50,903 bases of DNA from a virus (taxonomy: Duplodnaviria > Caudoviricetes), in IMG/VR virus record IMGVR_UViG_3300012920_000002, positions 1 to 50,903 of that record; one strand, written 5' to 3'. The translations under genes and the position numbers were made by a program. The notes under the pieces are model-generated. The model saw nothing but the letters and a program-made list of their open reading frames with translations, was not told where the DNA came from and searched no databases. Position 1 is the first letter of the stretch. Every line of letters begins with the position of its first letter. This document shows, piece after piece, positions 18,600 to 27,646 of the stretch.

Positions 18600-19016
18600 A
18601 TGAACCGTGAGCTGATCGGCCAGACCCTCAAACGCCTGCGCGAGAGCAAGTTTGCTCAGACCATGGAGGAGCTGGGCAGCGCGGTGGGCGTCAGCGCCTC
18701 ATTGATCAGCAAAATCGAGCGCGGGAAGAGTGTGCGCGATGAGTTCCTGATCAAAGTCGCTGAGGGACTGGGCGCAGAAGTAGAGCTGGTGCTGACTGCT
18801 CCAGGCCTGGGAAAAGAGGCCATCGAGCCCCCACCGGAGGCGGTGCAGATCGGACACGACCTGAATCAGATGCGCCCCGAGGAGCGGGAGACGCTTCGGG
18901 CCCTGATAGCTGTGTGGCGGGACTTACCGGAGGCCCACAAGATCGGCTTGGGCGCCCAGATCAGGGAACTGCTCTACCGCTATGGCAAGGAAGACCGGAA
19001 TCGCGCGATCAGCTGA
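18600..19016 (+). CDS. CI-like XRE HTH repressor (no S24 peptidase domain)
   Basis: LKRLRESK...TMEELGSAVGVSASLISKIERG. Confidence 0.8.
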   Translation: MNRELIGQTLKRLRESKFAQTMEELGSAVGVSASLISKIERGKSVRDEFLIKVAEGLGAEVELVLTAPGLGKEAIEPPPEAVQIGHDLNQMRPEERETLRALIAVWRDLPEAHKIGLGAQIRELLYRYGKEDRNRAIS

Positions 19017-19235
19017 CGAATCTCGCGGACCATCTCTGCCTGCTCTGAGGAAAGGTTTGGATCAACCAAGCCGATGAGTTCTGACATGTCGACGACCAGG
19101 TCGGCCAGTATCGCAGGAGCTTGACCGGCGCCCCGCACGATTCGCAGAGAGGGAACGGTGTCGCTTTGCGCCGCCGGAGAGTGCTGCGTTCCTGCCGGCG
19201 ACCGCGCCATGGGGGACTCCTGTTAGAAATTTCTT

Positions 19236-19269
19236 TGCACGTTTCGTGGCGCGATGCACAAAACGTGCA
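19236..19269. promoter_or_regulatory. OL-like operator pair
   Basis: TGCACGTTTCGTGGC (19236) and TGCACAAAACGTGCA (19255) match the 18502 motif; AT-rich region upstream of the rightward operon. Confidence 0.65.
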
Positions 19270-19335
19270 TAGAGTGTGAGTGTGAGCTGAACAGCAGCCG
19301 GGAGGTCAACGATGCCTCACACTCCATCCCCAGCA

Positions 19336-19351
19336 CTGAACAAATGTTTAC
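19336..19351. promoter_or_regulatory. Putative LexA (SOS) box
   Basis: CTGAACAAATGTTTAC; shares AGCACTGAACA exactly with the box at 30611. Confidence 0.5.
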
Positions 19352-19505
19352 CGTTCCCTGAGCGGAAGCGCACCTGTCGTCTTCATACCATCCACCCAGA
19401 AGCCGCTGAAGTTGTCGATTTTCCCGGCGTCTTGACGAAAAGTCCTGATCCGGACCCGACTCAGCCGAGTGGCGCGCAGGTGCCTGGAACTGACCGGAGG
19501 GCAGC

Positions 19506-19751
19506 ATGACCCCCTCCGCGATTGCTACTCCCGGCCTCAGCTACCTCGGCATGACCACCGACGGTCAGCGCCTGGTCTTCGCTGACGATCGCTCCTGGGA
19601 CTACCAGGTCTACGACCTCGTCGTGAACCGGTGGCTGTCCAACCCGGACCCGGACTTCCCGCGCTTCACCCTCGAGGGCGACGTGGATGCTGTGGTCGTG
19701 GACCTCGACACCGCTGAGCGCTGGCCCCTGCGCCGGGCTGAGGTGGCGTGA
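19506..19751 (+). CDS. Hypothetical protein
   Basis: GGAGG RBS, 81 aa. Confidence 0.6.
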   Translation: MTPSAIATPGLSYLGMTTDGQRLVFADDRSWDYQVYDLVVNRWLSNPDPDFPRFTLEGDVDAVVVDLDTAERWPLRRAEVA

Positions 19752-20524
19752 TGGAGCGCACCCTGTTCATCGACGCCGCTCGGCTCCCGGAGGACCTCGA
19801 CCGGGCGATCGCCACCGGCACCCCGTTCCGGGTCGCCATCGTCGGCAACAAGGCCCACAACACCCGCGGCTCCTGCGAGCGGTGCGGTGGTCGGGCCCGG
19901 TTCGCCGGCCTGGGTGGCTCCTGGTGCTGTGGCTGCTGGTCGATCCGAAAGAAGACCTACCGGCCCATCGTCGAGGGTGCTGCCGCGCTGCTGGCCTGCC
20001 GCTACGGCCTGGACAGCTGGGAGCAGCTCGTCGACTCCCTCGCCGGCCCCGGGGGCACCGTCCGGGTGCGGGCCAGCTCGGCTCCGGCGGTCCGGCTCCG
20101 CTACCACATCAACCCGGCGATTCTCCTCGAGGAGATGCTCGGCGGCGATCGCCCCTACCAGCAGCTCGGCCTGCAGCTCGCCGGCCTGGCCCGGGTGTGG
20201 TTCGGCCTGGCCCTCCGCTGGGGTGTGGACTGCCACGGCTACCCCCGCAGCGGCTACCCCGCGCCCTGCGACATCCCCTGGGGGATGGTGACCTGGGTGG
20301 AGGGTGACCTCCGCGCCTACCGCTGGCTCGTCCGCGCGACGATGCTGTGCCGGAACGCCTACCACGCCCGCTACGGCCACGACCACCGTGCTGCCGAGCA
20401 GGTTGGCTGGCTGCTGCCCCGGTGCGCCGATCTCGGGCACTTCCTCCGCGTCCAGCCCGGCCCCCTGCCGCCGCCGCTGAACGTCCACATCGAGCGGCGC
20501 GACGACGCCCGCTCGGCTGCCTGA
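19748..20524 (+). CDS. Hypothetical protein with Cys-rich putative Zn finger
   Basis: CERCGG...CCGC; coupled to neighbours. Confidence 0.6.
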   Translation: MMERTLFIDAARLPEDLDRAIATGTPFRVAIVGNKAHNTRGSCERCGGRARFAGLGGSWCCGCWSIRKKTYRPIVEGAAALLACRYGLDSWEQLVDSLAGPGGTVRVRASSAPAVRLRYHINPAILLEEMLGGDRPYQQLGLQLAGLARVWFGLALRWGVDCHGYPRSGYPAPCDIPWGMVTWVEGDLRAYRWLVRATMLCRNAYHARYGHDHRAAEQVGWLLPRCADLGHFLRVQPGPLPPPLNVHIERRDDARSAA

Positions 20525-20916
20525 TGGAGTCTTCGATGATCTATCGAGACTATGCCGCCTCGATCTGGCACCTGATCACCCGCTGGAAGCGTGGTCCGGC
20601 CACCTGGCCCCGCCGCTGCGATGAGAACCTGGAGTCCGCGCGCACCGACTGTGCGATCTTCGCCCACAGCCTCTCCGACGCTGACCGCGCCCGCGCCTAT
20701 CTTCGCGCGGCCCGGGCGCTCGTCGAGGCGGCAGACGAGCTGGTCGCTGAGGCCACCGGCAGCGAGGGGATGCTGACCTCTGAGGTGTGGTGGGACGACC
20801 TGCACAGCACCGTCGATCGCATGGAGGCCGGCGAGGACGGTGACGCCATCGACACTCGCGGCCCCGACTATGTCGACCCCCGCAACCCCGACGCGCCTGT
20901 GGATGGTGTCCGATGA
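20524..20916 (+). CDS. Hypothetical protein
   Basis: TGATG coupling with the upstream gene. Confidence 0.55.
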   Translation: MESSMIYRDYAASIWHLITRWKRGPATWPRRCDENLESARTDCAIFAHSLSDADRARAYLRAARALVEAADELVAEATGSEGMLTSEVWWDDLHSTVDRMEAGEDGDAIDTRGPDYVDPRNPDAPVDGVR

Positions 20917-21272
20917 GGCCCCACGATGAAGAAGCCCTTGCGGCAGTCCTCGAGGCCCTCGTCCGCGTCCCTGCTCACAAGCGGAGCCGGTTCGCACAGG
21001 AGATCGGCCTGTCCTCTCAGATCGTCGAAGCCGCGCTCGCGCAGGCCCGGGGGCTGACCGGCCTGACCAGCGAGCTGCAGCGCCAGTGCGACAGCGTGCT
21101 CGCGGAGCTCCGGAGCGCCCGGGTCCAGGAGCGCGCCCTCCTGCACCACCAGACCACCCTGACCGACCTGCTCGCCGCCGAGCGGTCCTACAGCCTCCGG
21201 GTCTACCTGATGGCCACCGAGGCCGGGCTGAGCGTCCCGGTGCCGGCGGTGCTGCAGCGGGAGGCGAGCTGA
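20913..21272 (+). CDS. Hypothetical coiled-coil/HTH-like protein
   Basis: ATGA overlap, 119 aa. Confidence 0.55.
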   Translation: MRPHDEEALAAVLEALVRVPAHKRSRFAQEIGLSSQIVEAALAQARGLTGLTSELQRQCDSVLAELRSARVQERALLHHQTTLTDLLAAERSYSLRVYLMATEAGLSVPVPAVLQREAS

Positions 21273-21467
21273 TGTTCTTCCTCCTCCTCGATGTCGTCCG
21301 CGAGCTCGCCGGCGGCTGTGGTGCGGTGGCGATCATCGCCCTCGCCCTGGGCTGGCCGGTGATGGCGGGTCCGAGCTGGAGGTGGATGTGAGCCTCGTCT
21401 TCCAGCTCGCCGCGGGCTTCGTCCTGTGCCTCGTTCTGTGCGCTTTGATGTACGCCGGGCGGCCGCG

Positions 21468-23330
21468 ATGAAGGTCGACCATGCAGGCCAGCGCCGCACG
21501 CTGGCGGAGGCCCTGCAGGCCGAAGAGGACTGTCACGAGCTGCTCACCGCATGGCCGGAGGCTGTGCTGTACCTGGACACGCCCCAAAAGGGCTCGACGG
21601 AGAAGACCCGAGGACCGCGTAGCGAGCGCACCCCGGAGGCCCTGCGTATCGCCGAGGCACTCTGCCAGTCCAGCGAGGCCCGGAAGATGCATCAGGATGC
21701 CCTGACCCTCTGGCGTCGGGCGGAGTCGCTGCGCTGGAGCCTTCTGCCGGATGTTGATCGCCTGATCTGGCGGCAAGCCACCACCATCGCCCAGCTCCCA
21801 CAGGTTCGGTCCGAGGCGGAGGACCTCGTGCAGGAGGGGCGGCTGGGTTTCCTGCGTGCCTGTCGGCGCTTCGACCCCCAGGCCGGAACGAAGCTGCTCA
21901 CCTATGCCAAATGGTGGATCCGGGCTGCGATGACCCGGCACGTTGATACCGCTGGACGAGTCATCCGCCAGCCCAGTGGAATGACCGAGGAAATCCGGCT
22001 GATCGACAAGGCCAGCCGAGAGCTGGTGCGCTGTGGGCTGCCGGTCAACGCTGCGACGCTCTCCGAGGTGACCAAGTTCCTCCCCGAGCGCGTGCAGGCG
22101 CTCCTGGAGTTCCGCCAACCCCTCAGTCTCGACGGTGCCATCGCCGAAGGCGAAGACCGCAGCCTGCTCGACATGTTCGCCGGCCTGGACGCTGACGACC
22201 TGGACCGCGAGGTCGACACGGCCCTTCAGGCAGGGCGGCTGAAGGAGCTGATCGACGGGCTGGATGAGCGCAGCGCCGCGATCGTCGAGTTCCGAGCAGG
22301 GCTCGTCGACGGTGTCGACCACTCCCTGGACGAAGCCGGTGAGCTGTACGGCATCTCCCGCGAACGGGCGCGCCAGATCGAGCGAGCCGCCCACGAACGC
22401 CTCCGCGAACAACTCTCCCAGCCCCGCACCCAGAACCCCCACCACTCCCCGGAGATTGTCATGGATCCCAATGCCCGATGCCCCATCCACCCAGACCGGC
22501 AGGCGACCAATGTCGGCATCTGTCGCGACTGTGAGCGAGCAGTCTCGAAGGCGGCCCGCCGCTACAAGACGCTCGGCAGAGTCCCGCAACCGGGCTGCAT
22601 CGCTGCACGGGCCATCCTCGCGGTCGACCTGGGCGGAAAGCGGCGCGTCTGGTTCGAGGAGGCGAAGACGCTGAAGGAGCTGCTGCAGGCGCAGACGACG
22701 GTCCGGCCAGAATTACCCGGACCGTCCCAGCCGTCTCCTGCTCCCACCCATCAGGACCTCCCCGGCAACGACTGCGACGACACCGACGCAGACGGCGACG
22801 CCTCTGTCGAGGAGGCCGAAAGCGTCGATGCTGTCGCCGCTCTCTGCGGCCCCATGACGACCGCTGAGGAGTCCATCGGGATTTCCTTAGAAAATATACT
22901 CCCGCCAGGAACGACCGAGGAACCCTCCCTTTCCCTGGCTGTTGATGAGGGAGGGGACAACGACTGCGACGACGCCGACGCGGACGGCGACGGCTACACA
23001 GAGCTGCAGCCTCTCCCCCGCGTCCGACTGACAATCCAGATCGAGGCCGCTGCCGCCGAGCTGGCGGCGCTGCAGACCGCCGTTCAGCAGAAGGCTGCCC
23101 AGCTGGAGCGGCTGCAGGACGATCTCCGGCGGGAGACCTTGCGCCAGATCGTCAGCATCATCCCTGGCGCTGTCGCAGCGCAGGAGGTCCTGGCCACGAT
23201 GCTCCCGGCAGACCTTCCTGAGGCAGAGCGGGAGCGACTGCTGGCTGCGTTCGATGCCAGCCGATGGGACGAGACCCTTGAAGCCCTGCGGGATGAGGTC
23301 CAGGCCAGCGCGCAGCGGGGTGCAGCATGA
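21468..23330 (+). CDS. RpoD/SigA-like sigma-70 factor with long C-terminal extension
   Basis: Region 2 EDLVQEGRLGFLRACRRFDP...TYAKWWIR, region 3 PLSLD, region 4 SLDEAGELYGISRERARQIE; about 290 extra aa follow. Confidence 0.88.
   Translation: MKVDHAGQRRTLAEALQAEEDCHELLTAWPEAVLYLDTPQKGSTEKTRGPRSERTPEALRIAEALCQSSEARKMHQDALTLWRRAESLRWSLLPDVDRLIWRQATTIAQLPQVRSEAEDLVQEGRLGFLRACRRFDPQAGTKLLTYAKWWIRAAMTRHVDTAGRVIRQPSGMTEEIRLIDKASRELVRCGLPVNAATLSEVTKFLPERVQALLEFRQPLSLDGAIAEGEDRSLLDMFAGLDADDLDREVDTALQAGRLKELIDGLDERSAAIVEFRAGLVDGVDHSLDEAGELYGISRERARQIERAAHERLREQLSQPRTQNPHHSPEIVMDPNARCPIHPDRQATNVGICRDCERAVSKAARRYKTLGRVPQPGCIAARAILAVDLGGKRRVWFEEAKTLKELLQAQTTVRPELPGPSQPSPAPTHQDLPGNDCDDTDADGDASVEEAESVDAVAALCGPMTTAEESIGISLENILPPGTTEEPSLSLAVDEGGDNDCDDADADGDGYTELQPLPRVRLTIQIEAAAAELAALQTAVQQKAAQLERLQDDLRRETLRQIVSIIPGAVAAQEVLATMLPADLPEAERERLLAAFDASRWDETLEALRDEVQASAQRGAA
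22697..22726. repeat. 30-bp palindromic element, type B (centre CCAGAATTAC)
   Basis: GACGGTCCGG CCAGAATTAC CCGGACCGTC, in frame (TTVRPELPGPS). Confidence 0.93.
22766..22992 (+). repeat. 35-bp direct repeat pair encoding NDCDD(T/A)DADGD
   Basis: 22766-22800 versus 22958-22992, 33 of 35 bases identical. Confidence 0.85.
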
Positions 23331-23896
23331 GCCCCCACCACACCGCCCAGGCCCGACACGACTACCGGATCAGCGTCCCCCGGCGCGCCTTCGAGGAGCT
23401 TGCCGCCTGCCAGGGTGTCGATCTGAGCGATGACCGGCAGGCCCCCTGGACCTGCTACCTGACGCAGACCAGCGAGGCCCTCTTCATCTCGCTGGTCTAC
23501 CCCGGCGAGGACGGCTCCTTCGATCTGGTGAAGCGCACCCTCGGGGCCCGTCGCCGACTGATCGTGGCCTCGCTGAACCGGGGCTGGCGCTTCACCCCGG
23601 GACAGCATCACCGGATCACCATCGACGCCCACGGGCTGGTTGTCTCGTTGACCGCCTGCAGGCCCTCCCGGCGACGGCGCCGGCGTGCTTCAGCATCGCT
23701 GCCACTAGGTGGGCCGCGCCCCTCCCTCCGGGCTGCTCGTGCCACCCAGCTCCGCCAGCAGGGCCTCCCCTGGAAAGAGGTCGCTCTGCAGGAGGGCTAC
23801 GCCAACGCCTCCTCAGCCCGCGCCTCTGTCCGGGACTACTGCGTCCGGCACGGCCTGGAGTACCCCTCCTCCCGACAGCCCCAGCAGGCAGCCTGA
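23327..23896 (+). CDS. Hypothetical protein with C-terminal HTH
   Basis: LRQQGLPWKEVALQEGYANASSA. Confidence 0.6.
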   Translation: MSPHHTAQARHDYRISVPRRAFEELAACQGVDLSDDRQAPWTCYLTQTSEALFISLVYPGEDGSFDLVKRTLGARRRLIVASLNRGWRFTPGQHHRITIDAHGLVVSLTACRPSRRRRRRASASLPLGGPRPSLRAARATQLRQQGLPWKEVALQEGYANASSARASVRDYCVRHGLEYPSSRQPQQAA

Positions 23897-26007
23897 TGAA
23901 CACCGAGATCACCCACCTCCACATCTTTGCCGGCATCGGTGGCGGTGCCCTGGGCTTCCAGATGGCCCACGCCCGCCTCGGTCGCTCCGTCGCCCGGATG
24001 CGCTGCCTCGGTGGCGTCGACAGCAACCCCCGCGCCTGCCGCGACTTCACCCAACTCCTGGGCGTTCCGGCCTCCTGCCTCGACCTCTTCGACGAAGAGC
24101 AGTACCGCGACTGGCACGGCAAAGCCCCACCCAAGGGATGGCAGCCGGTCACCCCCGCTGACCTCCGCGCAGCGGCTGGTGGGGAGTGCCCCGACATCGT
24201 CTTCACCAGCCCGCCCTGCAAAGGCTTCAGCGGGCTCCTCAACAAGAAGTCCGCGCGATCGACAAAGTACCGGGCGCTCAACCGGCTCACCGTCCGCTCG
24301 GTGTGGCTGACGCTGGAGGCGTTCGCCGATGACCCGCCCGGACTCCTCCTGCTGGAGAACGTCCCCCGCATCGCCACACGCGGCCGCCAGCTCCTCGACC
24401 AGATCCGGTCGCTGCTGGAGGGCTACGGCTACGCGGTGGCGGAGACCACCCACGACTGCGGCAAGCTGGGCGGGCTGGCCCAGAGCCGGAAGCGCTTCCT
24501 CCTGGTCGCCCGCCACGTCAAGAAGGTGCCCCCCTTCCTCTACGCACCCCCGACACGTCCCCTCAAGAGCATCGGTGAGGTGATCGGCGGCCTGCCCCTG
24601 CCCGACGATCCGCGCGGTGGCCCCATGCACCGGCTCCCCCGCCTCACCTGGAAGACCTGGGTGCGCCTCGCACTCATCCCGCCCGGCAAGGACTGGCGCG
24701 CCCTGCAGGACCTCAAGGTCGAGCACCACCAGGGACTCGACGGCACCACGACGCCCGGCATCCTCGCCCGCTACGGACTCCTGCCCGCCCGCCCCTGGCA
24801 CGCCACCGTCCTCGGGGTCCAGAACTGGTCCGGGTCTTCCGGCACCGTCACCGGCAGTGCCGCACCCCAGACCGGGGCCTTCTCCGTGGCCGACCCTCGC
24901 GCGGCCTCTTCGTGGGGCGGGAAAGGGAAGTATCGGGCCTGCCCCTGGGGAGAGACATCCGGCGCGGTCATCGCCGCCAGCACAACCGGCAACGGCGCGG
25001 CCGCCGTCTGCGACCCCCGGCTCGGCAGCTACGGCACCCACAGCGGCAAGATGAAGGTGCTCTCCGCAGACACTCACAGCAGCGTGGTCACCACATCGGA
25101 CCGGGTGGGCTCCGGTGCCCTCAGCATCGCTGACCCCCGCTGCCAGCTCGGCAACTATCAGGCGTACCGGGTCCGCCCCTGGGACACCCCCTCCGGCGCG
25201 GTCACCGCCCAGGCCGCACCCGGCGGTGGGGGCTTCTCCATCGCGGATCCCCGGCTGGCCTGCGACGTCAACGACACCCGGGGACGCCGGCACAGCAATG
25301 TCTACCGGGTCACCGACTACGACGCCCCGGCAGGGGCCGTGACCGCTGGCGGTGGTCCCAGCTCGGGCGGGGCCTGCATCGCAGACCCGCGCTCTCCCTG
25401 GATGAGCAAGGACAACGCCCACACCAACATCTTCATGATCGCCGGCTGGGGTGGGCACAGCCGCACGGTGACCGGAGCCACCCGACCGACCGCCGGGGCC
25501 ATCTCCATCAGCGACCCGCGCGTGGCGAGCTGGGCGGCAGGCCGGAAGCACTTCCAGAGCGGGGGGCACTACGGGGTGCTCTCCTGGTGTGGAGCCTCCG
25601 GCGCGGTGACCGCACACAGCAAGATCGACCGGGGCCGGTGGGCGGTGGCCTCTCCCCAGCTCCCCGCACCCGACGACCGACCCGACCCGCCGCCCGTGAT
25701 CATCGCGCTGGACGGGACGTGGCACCGGCCGCTCACCACCCTGGAGCTGGCCGCCCTCCAGGGCTTCCCCGTCCTCTCCGGCCCCGACGGCTACCTCCGC
25801 TTCGATGGCAAGAGCCACACCGGATGGCGCGAGGGCATCGGCAACGCCGTCCCACCACCAGCCGCCACCGCCATCGCTTCCACCATGGCCCAGACACTCC
25901 TCCTCGCCCGCAGCGGCAGCGCCTTCATGCTCTCCTCCGCACCCATCTGGGTCGACCAGGGCCTTGCTGTCGCCCTGGCCGTCGATCAGTCTGTGAGGGC
26001 AGCGTGA
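23896..26007 (+). CDS. DNA cytosine-C5 methyltransferase with internal repeats
   Basis: HIFAGIGG, SPPCKGFS, LLENVP, QSRKRF, RPLTTLELAALQGF, IGNAVPP motifs. Confidence 0.93.
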   Translation: MNTEITHLHIFAGIGGGALGFQMAHARLGRSVARMRCLGGVDSNPRACRDFTQLLGVPASCLDLFDEEQYRDWHGKAPPKGWQPVTPADLRAAAGGECPDIVFTSPPCKGFSGLLNKKSARSTKYRALNRLTVRSVWLTLEAFADDPPGLLLLENVPRIATRGRQLLDQIRSLLEGYGYAVAETTHDCGKLGGLAQSRKRFLLVARHVKKVPPFLYAPPTRPLKSIGEVIGGLPLPDDPRGGPMHRLPRLTWKTWVRLALIPPGKDWRALQDLKVEHHQGLDGTTTPGILARYGLLPARPWHATVLGVQNWSGSSGTVTGSAAPQTGAFSVADPRAASSWGGKGKYRACPWGETSGAVIAASTTGNGAAAVCDPRLGSYGTHSGKMKVLSADTHSSVVTTSDRVGSGALSIADPRCQLGNYQAYRVRPWDTPSGAVTAQAAPGGGGFSIADPRLACDVNDTRGRRHSNVYRVTDYDAPAGAVTAGGGPSSGGACIADPRSPWMSKDNAHTNIFMIAGWGGHSRTVTGATRPTAGAISISDPRVASWAAGRKHFQSGGHYGVLSWCGASGAVTAHSKIDRGRWAVASPQLPAPDDRPDPPPVIIALDGTWHRPLTTLELAALQGFPVLSGPDGYLRFDGKSHTGWREGIGNAVPPPAATAIASTMAQTLLLARSGSAFMLSSAPIWVDQGLAVALAVDQSVRAA

Positions 26008-27146
26008 CCTCTCGCCGCATCATCGAGTTGTTCGCCGGCACTGGCGCGATCTCCCTGGCGTGGGCGGTCGGGCCGCTCGGCGTGCCTCTGGTCGCCTACA
26101 TGGGCAGCAAGGGCCGCTACGCCCAGGACATCCTCGGAGTACTCGGCCACCGGGTGGGCGGGGGAGCGCACCGCGGCCGCGTCTGGCTCAACGATGCGGG
26201 ACCGCCGGGGGAGATGTGGGAAGTACTCCAGCACCCCGGCTATCGCGGCTGTGTTCAGGCCCGGCTCCGCTCCTGGCAGGCGCGCCCGGAGTACTGCCCG
26301 GTCGGTCTCTGGCATGAGCTGTCCAGACAGCCTCCGCATGGCTTCCCGCCCTACCGGGTGGCGCAGTGGCTCTGGCTTCAGGCCCGGTCCGCCAGCGCAT
26401 GCCCGGTGTGGTGGGATGAGCAGCTCGGCTGGCGCATGGGCGACAAGCCGAGGAAGGCGGGCAAGGGACAGCAGAAGATCCAGGCCACCCCCACCGATGA
26501 GGCAGCGCTGCGGCAGACCAACCTCCGACAGAAGGGCATCGGCACCCCGCAGCACCCCGAGCTGGATGAGCAGGGGAGGGCGCGAGACATCCCCTGCCGG
26601 CGCATCTACCACCGAGACAAGACCACCAGCCTGGGTGTTGAGGGGCGGTCCCTTGAGGCCTCCGACACCCCCGCCCAGGCACTCACCCTGGTGAAGACGC
26701 CGCGGGATGGGACCGATCATCTGATCGGTCCCCGGGTCACCGGTGGGGGCTCCGTCCGGGGCATGCTCCACGCTGCGACCATCGCCCAGCGCATCGCTGA
26801 CGCGGCTGAGGCTGGCTTCTTCGACCGCCTCACGGTCACCCGCCAGCGTGCCGAGCGCGTCCAGCTGCCCGCCGACATGAGCAACGACGACGTCATCCTT
26901 GACCCGCCCTACGTCGGGGCCACTGGCTACGCCGTCGACTGCGCCCGCCAGGAAGTACTCCAGCTCGCTGAGGAGTGCCGTCGTCGAGGAGCTCGAGTCG
27001 TCATCTGCGAGAAGCAGCCCCTCAAGCTCTCCGGCTGGCACCACGTCGACATCACCCGCACCAAGCATCGGGAGTGGCTCACCTGCAGTCACCCGCCGGT
27101 GATCACCCCGACCGCACAGCAGCCCCTGTTCTCGGAGGCGTCATGA
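26004..27146 (+). CDS. Putative DNA adenine methyltransferase (D12-like, atypical motif order)
   Basis: IELFAGTGA, YMGSK, WLND and ILDPPY motifs. Confidence 0.75.
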   Translation: MTSRRIIELFAGTGAISLAWAVGPLGVPLVAYMGSKGRYAQDILGVLGHRVGGGAHRGRVWLNDAGPPGEMWEVLQHPGYRGCVQARLRSWQARPEYCPVGLWHELSRQPPHGFPPYRVAQWLWLQARSASACPVWWDEQLGWRMGDKPRKAGKGQQKIQATPTDEAALRQTNLRQKGIGTPQHPELDEQGRARDIPCRRIYHRDKTTSLGVEGRSLEASDTPAQALTLVKTPRDGTDHLIGPRVTGGGSVRGMLHAATIAQRIADAAEAGFFDRLTVTRQRAERVQLPADMSNDDVILDPPYVGATGYAVDCARQEVLQLAEECRRRGARVVICEKQPLKLSGWHHVDITRTKHREWLTCSHPPVITPTAQQPLFSEAS

Positions 27147-27646
27147 TCCCCGCCGAAGCCCCCATCAACGTCCACCAGGCCGCTGCGCTCCTCGGTCTTT
27201 CAGCGGATTGGCTCTACCGCAATCCGCCACAGAAGGGCGGGCCGCCCCGCTCCAAGGTCGGCCGCGTCCTGCTCTACTATCCCTCCGACCTCCGCCGCTG
27301 GCTCTACCTCCAGCGCACCACGCCGCCGGGGTGGTCCGAGGCCCCGCTCCCCGCCACCCCCTCCCCTCAACAGGACGACTCCCCGTGTACCTCTACCGAC
27401 ACAAGAAATCCGACCTCTGGTGGTGCGAATTCCGCCGCCGCTACGGCCCCGCCAAAGGAAAGAAGTGCAGACGGTCCACCGGCATCCCCGCCCCCGGTGA
27501 GGGAGCGCGGGGCTACGCTGCGTCTCGTAAGAGAGCCTCCGCCGCCGCCGAACACATCCGCGTCAAGGTCGACGCCGAGGACCTCCTCGCCTCCGAGCGG
27601 GCCGGAAGCACTCCCGCCGCATCTCCGCGGGTTGTACCAGTCCTGA
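27143..27646 (+). CDS. xis: Excisionase-like HTH protein (overlaps int)
   Basis: INVHQAAALLGLSADWLYR...PRSKVGRVLLYYPSDLRRW; directly upstream of int. Confidence 0.7.
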   Translation: MIPAEAPINVHQAAALLGLSADWLYRNPPQKGGPPRSKVGRVLLYYPSDLRRWLYLQRTTPPGWSEAPLPATPSPQQDDSPCTSTDTRNPTSGGANSAAATAPPKERSADGPPASPPPVRERGATLRLVREPPPPPNTSASRSTPRTSSPPSGPEALPPHLRGLYQS

